From: Mobula hypostoma
Lineage: Eukaryota
Assembly (NCBI RefSeq): GCF_963921235.1
Contig: NC_086109.1
Coordinates: forward strand, 14,572,001-14,636,000
Direction: 5' to 3'
Length of the DNA stretch: 64,000 bases
The position numbers were made by a program, and so were the translations under genes. Positions 49,922 through 62,974 of this stretch are shown in pieces. Each line of letters starts with the position of its first letter. The first letter of the stretch is position 1. Under the pieces are notes generated by a model. That model ran no database searches and was not told the DNA's origin. It saw nothing but the letters and a program-made list of their open reading frames with translations.

Positions 49922-51792
49922 TGGACATGGAGAGGATGTTTCCTGGAGTGGGGGAGTCTAGGACCAGAGGGCACAACCTCATAATAGAACAATGATGAGG
50001 AGGATTTCTTTGGCCAGAGGGTGGTGAATCTGTGGAATTTCGGCCATTGACAGTAGTGAAGGCCAAGCCATTGGGTATATTTGAAGGGGAGGTTGATAGG
50101 TTTTTGATTAGTAAGGGTGTCAAAGGTTACAGGGAGAAGGCTGGAGAATGGGGTTGAGAAGGAGAATAAATCAGCCATGATGGAATGGCGGAGCAGACCT
50201 GATAGGTCAAATGGCCTAATCCTGCTCTTACGTGTTATGATCTTATGTCCTCCGCTGTTTCTTGTTCTCCCAAAATAAGCTGCTGTTCAAGGGATGTAGC
50301 GAAGAGAGCATTGCCAAAGGTTAAAATGACAAATGGTACCCCTCCCACCTCACTGGGTGCATTACAGTGCTTTGCAGCAAGACCACTTCAGGTGAAAGAT
50401 CATGGGCCCGAAACTCCCTTCCCCTCCACATTGTTGCTGCCCAACCTGCTGAGAATTCCTAGCCTTTACTGCCACTCCACTGCTTGGCCGAAAATAACCA
50501 ACTGAAGTTGCTGCAGTCATGGCAACAAGATTTTACCAGTTAACTCTGCTGTGAAGTATTTGCATATTACAAACAAACTCTCAGGGAGATCGGCACCATT
50601 CAGTCCAAATAAACTGTGAGTATTCGTTTAACAAGGGCCCTCCACAGTGGCAATAACACCAAAATATAAATAAAACACACACACATACAGGGCAGATATT
50701 ACATTTTACATGTCTGCATTATTTTATAATATGTAGAGCACCTCTGGTGGGGCATGGCACATTAATGAACTTTCAAAAGAATCACTCAAGTTGAAAGTTC
50801 CAATCTGCTGATCTGAAAGGTCGACTGGCTGAGTATATTTTAAGCCTTCCCTACTTCCTCTGACTCCCTGTGAGGCCGCAGTACCACCTTCTAAAAGACA
50901 CACCATCAAAAGGTACAAAATTACAGGATTATACCACATGTTAATTGGACAGTAGCCATTTCAATTTATAGAGATATCATATGACATTGGAAGCAAAATG
51001 TGCGTACATACAAAAGGTATCTTAAGCAATACTGTTTATATCAGGGAAACTTCATTCGAGGATTTATGGCAGTGGATAATACTCTTAAATTCTTCTAGTA
51101 CAGGGTAGTGTACCCTAAAAGGAGTCTGTAAGACTGGTTGGTCACATTGGAAGCTCTGTTGTGGGAAAAGATTTCTCAGTGGACATAAAATTCAAAGTTG
51201 TGCTCAGAAAACTGAGATCACCCCCACTGACCCCTAGAGTTTTACAGCATAGAAACAGGCCCATTCACCCTACTCATCTACGCCGACTGTGTTGCCCAGT
51301 GCATCCCATCTGCCTGCATTTGACCCATAGTAATCCACACCATTACTATCCACGTATTTATCTAAATGGCTTTAAAGATTGCTAATGCGCCTGCCTTAAC
51401 CACTATTTCTTGTAGCTCATTATAAATACATACTGCCCTTTGCGTGAAGAAGCTGCCCCTGATGTCCCTTTTAAATCTGTTGGAAACCTTTGGCTTTCAA
51501 CCTCTCAAGGTCAAGGAGGTGCACTCAGAATGGTCTTGTGCACGTCAGGAGCTGACAGAGTCCCTAAGCAAGCGGCAGAGGGAGCACACCATCTCACAAA
51601 CATTCAGCCTGCCCCATCAATCACCACCTGCCTTTTCTGTAGAGGGGTCTGTTGTTCCCTCAGTGAGCTCTTCAGTACCCTTTGGACCAAAGCGGGGGGG
51701 GGGGGGAAGTCATCCTCAATCCAGAGGGACCGTGTGAGGAGAAGATTTGAGATATACTGTCAAAACCTGGGTATTGGATGAGCATGACATAC

Positions 51793-51917
51793 ATTTCACA
51801 ACCACAGGACGTCTGAAAATTCTTTACGGCCAATGAACCCCTTCGACAGTGAAGACATTGTTGTAATGCAGGAAATTCAACTGAACCACCTCCCACTCCT
51901 GTACCAACAGAGTCCAC
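51793..51917 (-). other. Candidate 125-bp exon of the minus-strand gene (5' UTR with 20-codon uORF at 51858-51796, or coding)
   Basis: Strong acceptor ttttaattttattctcag|G, donor AAT|GTATGT, unique sequence. Confidence 0.4.
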
Positions 51918-53922
51918 CTGAGAATAAAATTAAAACTGGACCACACCACACAACCGACTGAAATGACCCAGCACTATTAATTTGCAAACTTATAGATCTT
52001 TCCATTTTCATGTTTCTATTGACACATGGGGAAAATGCCATTTGCTGTTCTGTGTATCCATTACTATAGATCAAGAAAAGATGGTGCTAAACTAACCATC
52101 CTGACCTGGGTAACCAGGTTGGTGTACCCAACCAGCATGTAAATGTTCTATCAGAAAATACAACAGGTTCGCCCCAAACCAAACTAGTACATGCTGTTGG
52201 ATCCAATTGCAATTTGGTCAGGGAATAGGACTCTATCTTCTACATCAACAATGAAATCTGGAGTGTGACAGAATGTTCTATAGTTATTGGTATAAATTTA
52301 TAATAAAATCAACTCAGGAAGCTTGAGAAGACATTCACCCGGCACATTCACTTGCTCCACCACTAGGAAGTTTAACAATACCAACACCCAACACAATAAA
52401 TGCTCCAGCACTCAGGAAGCTTGATAACAGCACCCAACCCACTGACTGGCTCCACTGCTATTGTACCATAGTAACATCTAGAAAAAGGACTGTATTCGAT
52501 CTGAATCAAGTTGATTCAGGTTGTATAATGTATACATACTTTGATAATAAATGTACTTTGAACTTTAAAGTCTCTAGCACCTAAATCAGATCAGTCAGTT
52601 ACAGGGCAACATGGTTGGGGACAAACTTTGCCTTAGTCTGAGGACATTCTCATTCTGAGGGACTATATCTCCACCTTCTCCACCTCTGAGCACCATGTCC
52701 CACAATGTCATGATGCAGCTTGCCGGCAAGATCACCAATCACTACTCTGGCCCTGTTGCCCTTGACAGCCAGGGCCGCCTTCTCAAATGTACTTGGCTGC
52801 CACACTGGAGAAAGTTACTTAGGAGGAACAAACTGTTACAGGAACCAGAGGACTTTAGTTATAAGGGGAGGCTGGGGCTTCTTTCACTGGAGTGTAGGGG
52901 TCTGGGACAATCTTTCAGAGGTATAGACAGTCATGAGGGGCGTAGATAAGGTGGAAAGTCAGTCTTTTTCCCAGAGGAAGGGGAATCTAAAACTAGAGGG
53001 CAGAGGATTCAAGTGAGAGGGAAAGATTCCAAAGGGACCTGAGAGGGGAACACTCCCAGAAAGTAGTGGAACAAACAATCAGGGAAAATGGTAGAGACGG
53101 GTACAATTACCTTTAAAGGGCAGTTGAACAGATACTTTGACCAAGTTGAGAGGAATATGGGCCAAAATCTGCAAATGAGGCTTAGCTCAGGTAGGCAACT
53201 TGATCAGCATAGACAAGTCGGGATGAACAGCCTATATCTGTGCTTCATATCTCTGTAGGTATCATATAGCAATTTTCTAAATCCTGGTTCACTCCAACCA
53301 TCAAAGAGTGAAAATCAAAACCAAAGGCAGATGCTGGAAGTCTGAAATGAAAACAGAACATGCTGGAAGTACTCTGCAGGAGAAATAGAGTTAACATTTC
53401 AGGTCAGTCCTGGCAAAGCATCTTTGTCCCAAAGTGGTAGCCTTTAGCCCTCTTTCTCTTCTTAGAGATGTGGCCTGACTTGCTAAGTAGTTTCCACATT
53501 TTCTTATTTTACACCCATCTCTCTTCTGATATCCAAACATGGGATGAGATTACGGCCAACAAAAGAAAAGATGCAAGAATGTTTAAAGCCTCCAAGCTAA
53601 CAGGCGACACCCTCACAACTCTTGGGAATCTCTGGCTAGTCAGAGTTTTAAATGCAGGAAAATTCAGGATGGAATTGAGAACCTCAATGTTATGTTTTGT
53701 AACTCCAAAACAGAAAACTAATTTAACAAAAAGTATGGGGAGACCAGGAGATAATGTGTGTCTACTTTTGTTTTTACTTTAGCGAGATGCGCACACATGA
53801 TGTGGTGGCATAATGACGTATGCCATTCACATACTTTTATATATAACCCATAATGAATTATTTAAAGTTCAAAGAATGTTTAATCAAATAATATATTTAC
53901 AATATTACCCAAATATTACTGA

Positions 53923-54237
53923 TATATATATAGGTATCCGTTAGTCTCGTGAGACCATGGATTTGCGCCTTGGAAGGTTTCCAAGACACAGGCCTGGGCA
54001 AGGTTGTATGGAAGACCGGCAGTTACCCATGCTGCAAGTCTCCCCTCTCCACGCCACCGATGTTGTCCAAGGGAAGGGCACAAGGGCTGATACAGCTTGG
54101 CACCGGTGTCGTCGCAGAGCAATGTGTGGTTAAGTGCCTTGCTCATGGACACAACACGCTGCCTCAGCTGAGGGTCGAACTAGCGACCTTCAGATCACCA
54201 GACTGACGCCTTAACCACTTGGCCATGCGCCAACACA
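53923..54237 (-). mobile_element. tRNA-derived SINE with (TA)n tail nested in the LTR; partial second copy at 60744-60920
   Basis: Reverse complement 'tggccaagtggttaaggcgtc...agttcgaccc' A/B boxes. attactga flanks at 53915-53922 and 54238-54245. Confidence 0.85.
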
Positions 54238-54256
54238 ATTACTGAAATATTAAATA

Positions 54257-54646
54257 TGTCATGGTTCCGTTTGGCTGTTCCCCTTTAATGCTCCTTTCTC
54301 CCTGATTGTGCCCTAATTTCAGTCATTAGATTTCCAATTGCTGCTAGTTTACCTAATTACAGTATACCTGGTTTTCATCAGAGACTGTGAAATAAGTAAG
54401 ATGGCTTCTCTATCTCAGGTTGCCAGTTTGTTGGTTTATTCTCGTGTGATACCTTGTTCTCTTGTCCGCTTAGAACTGTTTAGTTCCAAGTTCTGCTCTA
54501 GTTTGAAGATAGTCCCTGTAGATCCCATCTCCTTGTCAAGATCCCTTCGGTTTGTTGTTCTACGTTCACGTCTATGCCAGCGTCCCCAACTCGGTTGACA
54601 TGCCGGTGTCCTGCACTTGGGTTCTCCTCAGTTGCCCCATGCAACA
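54257..54646. mobile_element. Unrelated solo LTR nested in the Gypsy 3' LTR, 5-bp TSD
   Basis: TG...CA ends. aaata at 54252-54256 and 54647-54651. Confidence 0.75.
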
Positions 54647-54720
54647 AAATAAACAACATCTCTCCCTGCTTAGCTATAAACTCCAAGTGAGTATAGAATG
54701 CATCTCTATTGTACATACAT

Positions 54721-54773
<53 letters not shown>

Positions 54774-57336
54774 GAGGGTTCTTTCTGGTTTTCCTTTGGA
54801 TCATCTTTGCCATAATAGGGAGACTTCTGATTTGCATTATGGAGAACGCATCAAGAGGAGTGTCCCCATTTGCAAATTTTTCAGGCATTTCTTTTTTCAA
54901 GGATGGAAATCCATCAGCATTTCCATGATTATTCATCCTCTTGAATTCCATCTGTTAATTGTGTACCCCAAGAAACAGAGCCCATTTCTGCATTCTTGCT
55001 GCTGTTGTTAGTGGAACAGGCTTCTGCGGATTGAAAATGGACACGAGTGATTGATGATCAGTAACGAAGGCAAACTCTCTCCCATACAAGTACTGGTTGA
55101 ACCGCTTTACACCCCAAATCAGACTCAAGGCCTCATTGTCAATCTGTGCGTAACTTTTCTCTGCAGCAGTAAAGGAACGAAATGCAAAGGCAATGGGGTG
55201 TTCACTTCCATCAATCATGACATGTAATATGACCAGACCTATAGCATAAGGCGAAGCATCAGATGCAGGCTTCACTCGGCGATGTGGATCATAATATGTG
55301 AGTACAATGTATGAGGTCACCATTTCCTTTACCTTTGTGAAAGCCACCTCACACTGCTTTGTCCATTGTCATTTCTTCCCAGTTTGTAGTAATTAGTTCA
55401 AGGGGTGGAGCACGGTAGCCAAGTTTGGCAGGAATTTGTTATAATAGTTGACAAATCCCAAAAAGGACAACAACTGTAACATATCTTTTGGTCTTGGGAC
55501 ATCCACCACTGTTTGAATTTTCTCAGCACACTTGTGTATTCCTTGTGTGTCAATGGCATGACCATAGTAAGTGACACTTGGTTTCAAGATTCCACTTATG
55601 AAACCGATCAACAATGGTTTCAGTTCTAAATGTTCCTACATTACTTTCATGATATCAACAAAGCTCATTTTGTCTGGTTTGGTTGGAGCAGTCAAACTTC
55701 TAAGCAAACTGTGTGCTCTTCCACCCAATGCACTCAGCAAAACTGGCACTTGCTTCTCATTGGTTATTTAATTTGCTTCAAAATACAGCTCAATTCACTC
55801 AGTGTATAATATCCAGTAATGCACTATGCAATCAAACGCGTCTATCTTTCCAATGTAGCCATCCACTTCTGCTTTTTTTTAAATATATGATTATTATTAG
55901 TCAGTCATCACTGTTTATCAACCCGTGAATTCGTCTGTTTTCTGCCTTTTTTTTTTACTCAACTGTCTCCTCTGCTTGCAAAGAAAGCGTGCTGTGCTTT
56001 TTTAAAAACTTGAACATCTCACTGTGCCTTTTCTTTAACTCAAACATCTCACTGAGTTTCAACAGGTAGGTAGTCTTCTTAAGTTCACTTCAAAGATACC
56101 TCATCGCCACTGTTACATATGGTAACACCAAAATGAAAAGCGAATTGAAAGAAAAACATGGGGAGACCAGGAGATAATGGATGTCTACTTTCGTTTTTAC
56201 TTTAGCGAGACACACATATATGACATGGTGGCATAATGACGTATGCCATTCACATACTTTTACATATAATGCATATTTAATTATGTAAACAACAAAGAAT
56301 ACTTAATCTAACAATATATTTACAATATTACTCCAAAATTACATAAGTATTAAATAAATACTCAAATCAAGACACTGATTTAACAACAGAAGCAATCCAG
56401 CACCTCACACTCAGAAGCAGAACAATGCGCGCTCGTGTCTATATCAATGGCATTGAGTCTAAATTCCTTCATGTGAACTTTACCCACCCTACCTAGTACC
56501 ACTTGCCCCATCTATGGAAGACTTTGCTGTTCCTCATCAGCCACCTTTGATCCCACAGAACAGCAGTGGAAGCAAATCAGAAACATAACAGATTCTGCAG
56601 ATGCTGGGAATATTGGGCAACACACACAAAATGCTTCAGGCCCTCCGCATATCAAACGAATCTCAGGGTTGTTTATGGTGACATATACGCTGATAATAAA
56701 TTTGAACTTTGAAGCATCATGGGCAGCATCTATGGAAGGGAATAAACAGTAGATGTTTCAGGCTGAGACCCTTCATCAGTAGTGGAAGCAAGTCACGGGT
56801 AAGGGTGGGAGGGTGGGATTCACTAAGAAAAAGACCGGGGCTTGAACTCACGACCCTGACTGCTAAAGGTTTGTCCACAGCAAAATACCTTTACTTTCAG
56901 TACAACAAAAACGAAGATTAGCAAATGAATTTCTGCCCTTTTATAAAAGGGAAGTCAAATTAAATGGACGAGAAAGGAAAAGTTATTGTTTGGTGAGAGA
57001 AAGGTTTCAGGCCACAGAAGAGCGAAATGTCACTCCTCCAGAGGAATGATGCGTTCGGCGGAGAGCTGTCAGGACACCTGGCCCCATTGGAACCTGCCTG
57101 GCCAGGTGTACACTGACATCATTGTGGTGATCCCATTACCGGCATCTCCTCCTCACCGCAACACCTTCTAGATTGTAGCTTTGAGCAGACATACAAAATC
57201 CTCTACAGACTTTCCTGTTTGGTCTTTGAAGATGTCAGACACACACACACACCTGCTGCTGTCTCTGAGTTCGGCAACCTTATAACAAAGAGGGAGGAAC
57301 ACCATTGAATAAGTGGTAAAATACGACACACCATAC

Positions 57337-57760
57337 CTGTCGGTTTCTGTGGTCTCCGGGGTTGATCCCACTCTAACAACGGCAATCCATTATTGCTTGT
57401 AGTATAATCAATTCCAGTTGTTCAGAATCACGCCCGTAGGATTCTGGCCAGCGTCTGTGGAACCCGCAACTCCGGAGAATCTGACATGCGAGCTCTGCGT
57501 GTGTGTGTGTGTGGGGAGTGTGTCTGTGTGTGTGTGAGAGAGAGGGAGGTTTCTCTCTGCAGGCTGCTCTGAAATTCGACACCTCAAGGTCTTGCCTGCA
57601 CGCCCAATGCCGAGGCTTCTGCTCGGAGCTCGAGCGGGGGAAGGAGCGGATAGTGTAGCGGACAGCAATAGTCGCTGCTCGTAATTAAAGGGCTCTTGTG
57701 CTCAAGTGTGACGCAGAGACAGCTCGGCAGGTGAGCGCCACTGAAAACAGAATGTCATTC
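57337..57760. promoter_or_regulatory. CpG-enriched promoter-like island with candidate first exon on - (donor after 57337) and a donor on + (after 57730)
   Basis: Locally high CpG, (CA)/(CT) tracts, CAG|GTATGG on -, CAG|GTGAGC on +. Confidence 0.5.
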
Positions 57761-57834
57761 AGCCCGGGGGAAAATGCAAGATGGGCAAAGCTTTTTTTAA
57801 AAAACAGTCATCCACGCCCCATCACGTTATAACC

Positions 57835-58390
57835 CCTTTTCTCCACACCCACATACTCATCCCATCGTACTCTCTTCCCACACATCCTCCCACCCATTCT
57901 CTCCCATCCCAGCCCACCTACTCACCAGACACTCTTCCCAAGTATCTCCTCTCCACTTACCCGTTACTTCCCCGTGCACCCTACGCACCATCTTCTCCCC
58001 ACACACCCTCCCAACCATCCTCTCCCTACACATCCATCTCACTACACTCTCTCCCCATGCACTCATCCCGCCATTCTCTCCCCATGCTCTCACCTGACAC
58101 CCCTCTCTTCCTGAGCATCCACTGTACCCCACTCCCTCCCCGCCCACCCATCCCCTCTCCATCCACCCAACCCACCCACATCTGCTCGCCACACACCCTC
58201 GCACCCTGACCTCTTCACACCCCCTCCCACCCGTCCTCTTCCCCACTCACCCTGCCCAGCCCATCTCCACAGATCATCTCACCCCCTCCCAACCCTCTGC
58301 CCACGTACCCCGTCCCACCTTGGCGTCTCCACACTCACCCGCAAAACCCCGCCCCACCCGCTTTCCCCACGTATGCACCCCAGCTCAGCT
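57835..58390. repeat. C-rich low-complexity tract
   Basis: Strong C skew on +, no fixed period. Confidence 0.8.
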
Positions 58391-59204
58391 TCGCCCTGTG
58401 AGACTTCAAACAACATGTATTTTGACCGCCTTTCACAAGATTATCAGACATTTGACACCAAGCCACACAGGGAGATATTAGGTCATTGACTCTCTCTACA
58501 GATGTTGCCTGACTAGTTTAGTGCTTGCAACAGTTTCTGTTTTATTTTAGTTTCTCAGCATCCAGCATATTATTCTTTTGAAATACTAGAACAAGCGACC
58601 CAGTGCTCGGCTTGCAATAGATTGTGAGCAGGATTAACCGCCTTTCAAAACTGCTCAGAACCCCCAGGAAGACTCATCATTTGCACAGTTTCTTGTTGTG
58701 AGCGGGGGAGCGGCCGCAGCGTTGCTCTATGAACTTCCTTGTAATTACCAGTCATTCAATTCAGATTTGTGGACTAGAAAAGAATCACTACCATCAGGCA
58801 GGAGGTAGAGAAGGCTTAGGTCTCACCCCACCAGGTTCAGGAACCGTTTTCACTGTACAAACATTAGATTTTCTGAACCATCGTAGATAACTTCACTCAA
58901 CACAACTGTGAACTGATTGTACAACATACGGACATACTTTCAAGGATTCTTTACAACTTAAGTTCTCAGTATTATTTTTTTATTCACACAATTTTGTCTT
59001 CTTTTGCAGATTTTGATTATGTATAGTTTTTCATAAATTCTATTGTATTTTATTTTGCTATAAGTACCTGCATGTAAATTAATCTCAATGTGGTATATGG
59101 TAACAGATATATAATTTGATAATAAATTTTACTTTGACTTTGACCTAATCAGATATCCCTCTAAATCAAGGGTTGCCAACCTTTTTTATGCCATAGACCC
59201 TAAC

Positions 59205-59670
59205 TGGCTGCGTCACTGCCTGGTATGGGAACTGTACTTCCCTCAATTGCAGGACTCTCCAGAGATTGGTGCAGACAGCCTGGCGCATCTGTAGATGTGA
59301 ACTTTCCACTATTCAGGACATTCACAAAGACAGGTGTGTAAATGGCCCCGAAGGATCATTGGGGACCCGAGTCACCCCAACCACAAACTGCTCCAGCTGC
59401 AACCATCTGGGAAATGGTACCACAGCATTAAAGCCTGGACCAACAGACTCCAGGACAGCTTCTTCCACCAGGCCATCAGACTGCTTAATTCATGCTGATG
59501 CAACTATATTTCTATGTTATATTGTCTATCCTGTTGTACATACTGTACTATTTATTATAAATTACAATAAATCACACATTGCACATATAGACAGTCACAT
59601 AACGTAAAGATTTTTACTCCTCATGTATATGAAGGATGTAAGTAACAAAGTCAATTCAATTCAATTCAAC
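59205..59670 (+). mobile_element. Rex1/Babar-like LINE 3' end with (AATTC)n tail
   Basis: 'ggctgcgtcactgcctggtatgggaactg' (GCVTAWYGN) through 'gtcaattcaattcaattcaa'. Confidence 0.75.
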
Positions 59671-60919
59671 ATTTTCATTTCTAGGATCATTCTCATGAAC
59701 ATTCTCTAAATGTTCTCCAATGCCAGCATATCCTAGATATGGGGCCCCAAAATGCTCACAGTAAACCAAATGTGGTCTGTCCAATGCCACAGCGTTGCAT
59801 CTTTATTTTTATAGAAAGAGGACGGTGGCTACCCACCTTATCAACATTCCTGATGATTGTCTATTGTCCATACCTGGCCCATAGTTGTTAAAGATCTCAT
59901 CCATGTGTTCGTCAGCTTCAGTTTCAAACTCACCAACCCTGAGCAGAAATGACTTCTATTGCCCATTTCTGGTTCTGCTCAAAGAACTGGAAATCAATGG
60001 GTTTGCTCAGGTCAACTTCACCCAACCGATCAAAAATGCTTCAATAATTCATCTTCATTCCATGCTGGAAAGAGTATGATTGGGGGCAAAAACCAAGTGT
60101 CCTGTGATCATAAAAGGAGTTATCAAATTCAAAGTTCCTCCTTTATATGGTTGTTCTACTTTGGAGCAAAAAGTAGCAGACTACCTTTGCACAGTGAACG
60201 GATACAAGATAAATTGACATTTCATTCTGCTGTAATGCAGAAAATGGAGGGATAAACATTGTGTGGATGAAATTACCTCAGCTCTGTTTTGAATATCACT
60301 GTAAGGTCTGGCTCACATATCTTAAATTAACATCTCATTTCAATGGCACGATCGGGTTGATGCAAAGTAATCCTAATATCACCACTGGTTAGGCTGCATC
60401 TAGTGCATTGCATTCAATTCTGGTCACCCCATTACAGAAAGGATGCAATGGCTGCACAGAGGAACAATGGAAGGTGCGGAAGAGATTCACTGTGATGCTG
60501 GCTGGATTACAGGGCATGTGCTATAAGGAGAATCCGGACAAATTTGGGTTGATTTCTCTGGAGTAGCGGAGGATGGGGAAGACCTGATAGAAGTTTATAA
60601 CTTTATGAAAGGTATAAATAGTATCGACAGCTGATAACTTTAACCGAGGCTTAAAATATCTAATACTACTGTGCCTCACCAATGGCTTTTGGGACTGCCT
60701 GGAGAAGGAAGCCATTGAAATAAAACTAGAGGAAAAGAATTTCAATGTTGTCCAAGGGAAGGGCACTAGGGCCGATACAGCTTGGGACCGGTGTTGTCAC
60801 AGAGCAATGTGTGGTTAGGTGCCTTGCTCAAGGACACAACACGCTGCCTCAGCTGAGGCTCGAACTAGCGACCTTCAGATCACTAGATCAACACCTTAAC
60901 CACTTGGCCATGCGCCAAC

Positions 60920-61350
60920 ATATATATATATAGCAAAGGTGCCAAAGACATTTGCACAGTATTGTATTTTTCAACATGGAGCAGAGAGTGATTTTGTAAA
61001 TCTGGTGGGAACGAAAGATGTTTTGAATAGCAAGGGTGGGGCGTCACGGTAGGGATGTGTGGCAGGTGGCAGAGGAGAGCTGGGGTGGGGTGGCACAGGT
61101 GGAGCCACACTCAGCCATGAGACACCAGGCAAGATCATTTGTTTCCAAACAATTGGTTTATTGATCATCCCACTCCCTCCCCTCTCCCTTCTCCTTTCCC
61201 CAAACCATGATTCCCCTCTCCCTGCCCCCTTCCCACTCTCAGTCCACAATAGAGACCCCTATCAGGATCAGGTTCATCATCACTTACATGTGGAAGTCTT
61301 AGGCACCCAAGCTATATACATGCGCCCAAGACTTTTGCTCAGTACTGTAT
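60920..61350 (-). mobile_element. Composite element bracketed by Tc1/mariner-like mini-hairpins (copy 2)
   Basis: Body is the reverse complement of ~16050-16400. Hairpin remnants at ~60920-60966 and ~61295-61349. Confidence 0.6.
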
Positions 61351-61624
61351 TTATATAATCAAAGACCTTATGGCCCTATCTCTGTCTTGGAACACAAGCT
61401 GCCCAAGCAACCCTGTAGCCAAAAGAGAAGGAAGTCACTGGTGTCCCATCTTGACCCTGACACGGGTTAGTCACTGATAAATTAACATGACAAAATCTCC
61501 GCCCACTGCATAAACCACATTTTTGACACCCTAGGACAATGGGCACCAAGGATTGATGAACAGGTCACATGAACAGAGGTCACAGACCAATTAAGGGGCC
61601 TTGTTGCATCTTAACTTCACAAAG

Positions 61625-62200
61625 CGCTCATTTCCTTAGGAGTTTGAGGAGATTTGGTATTTCAGCAAATTTCTACAGATGTACTGTCGAGAGCATTCTG
61701 ACTGGTTGCATCACTGTCTGCTATGGAGGGGCCACAACAGAGGAGCAGAAAAACCTGCAGAGTGTTGCCAACTATGCCAGCTCCAATATGTGCACTAGCC
61801 TCCCTGCCATTGAGGACATCTTCAGCTTTGCCAGCTCCAATATGTGCACTAGCCTCCCCGCCATCGAGGACATCTTCAAAAGGCGACGCCTCCGGAAGGC
61901 TGCATCCATCGTGAAGGACCCAGGACATACCCTCATCTCGTTACTACCATTAATGAAGAGGTACAGGAGCCTGAAGACGCACACTCAACATTTTAGGGTC
62001 AGCTTCTTCCCCTTTGCCGTCAGATCTGTGAACAGTCCATGAATCCATGGACACGATCATGCTATTTTGCTCTTTTTTTTGCATTATTATTTTTGTACAT
62101 TCTCATTGTAATTTGTAGTTATTTTTATGTTTAGCACTGTACTACCACAAAACAACAAATTTCATCGCATATGTCAGTGATAATGAACCTGATTCCGAGC
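61625..62200 (+). mobile_element. Rex1/Babar-like LINE 3' end with a 54-bp in-frame tandem duplication (61775-61878)
   Basis: FLRSLRRFG...FYRCTVESILTGCITVCYG, and ASSNMCTSLPAIEDIF occurs twice. Confidence 0.8.
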
Positions 62201-62974
62201 TTCCACATGCCATGCCACCCACGTTGTGCTCTATTTAACCATAGTTCCCCTCCACTGTTTCTCTACTGACAGGAAGATTTAACGGAGGAGCCGAGACAAG
62301 CCAAAAATGCCCGAGAGATATTGATAAACACAGATTTTTGACATCTAAGGTACAATCCAACTTACAGCATGTTATGTTTATTTCATTCCTTATACGTGGT
62401 TACTCCCTCAGGCACAACCCCATCAGATCTGACATTTAGTTCAAGGAGAATTTCCACAGGTTCTGGTTATAAGAAGCACTTGCTGAAATGGATTGACAAG
62501 AAAAGAGCATCTCCACACACATTGAGATTGGAGAATAAATTTCTTTACAAATGCAATACAGAATTCAGGGAGATGTCCTTGATCCAGCAGTAGTTAGAAA
62601 CAGGGAGTGTTGCAGGTGAATGACATGAAGATAAAGATCTTAAAGATTAGCTTTATTTGTCACATATGCATGAAAACATACTGTGTAGTGGGCCATTTAG
62701 TGTTAAATCTAATCAACGAAGATTGTGCTGGTCAGCCCGCAAGAGGCATCATTTGTCCAGCACCAACATAGCACGCCCACATCTCATTATCCCTAACCCG
62801 TGTGTCTTTAGAACATGGGAAGAAACTGGAGCATCTGGAGGAAACACGCATGGTCACAGGGAGAACGTGGCAAACTCCAGACACACAGTGGCAGGATTCA
62901 AACCCCGTTCTTTCAGCTGGCTGATGTAAAGCACTGCTGAACCACCACGTGACTGCGTCACTATAGGAATGCAT

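Larger units (their letters stand above)
53688..56364 (-). mobile_element. Deleted two-LTR Gypsy retrotransposon with PBS, RT/RNase H remnant and PPT
   Basis: 5' LTR 56111-~56364, PBS TGGCGATGAGG 56109-56099, LLSFLGFVNYYNKFLPNLA, ASDASPYAIG...HPIAFA...YAQIDNEAL...YLYGREFAFVTDH, PPT 54659-54669, 3' LTR 53688-54658. Confidence 0.9.

Noticed and set aside
50740..50890. Possible minus-strand exon (GGTAASQGVRGSREGLKYTQPVDL...)
   Set aside because: The acceptor is plausible but the donor is weak (GAG|GTGCTC), and no homology was recognised.
57781..58246. 142-aa and 129-aa ORFs near the promoter
   Set aside because: Products of a C-rich low-complexity tract.
59874..59938. FETEADE resembling a stretch I recall from RGS3
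   Set aside because: A seven-residue match from memory with no other RGS3-like exon in the window, which is not enough to name a gene.
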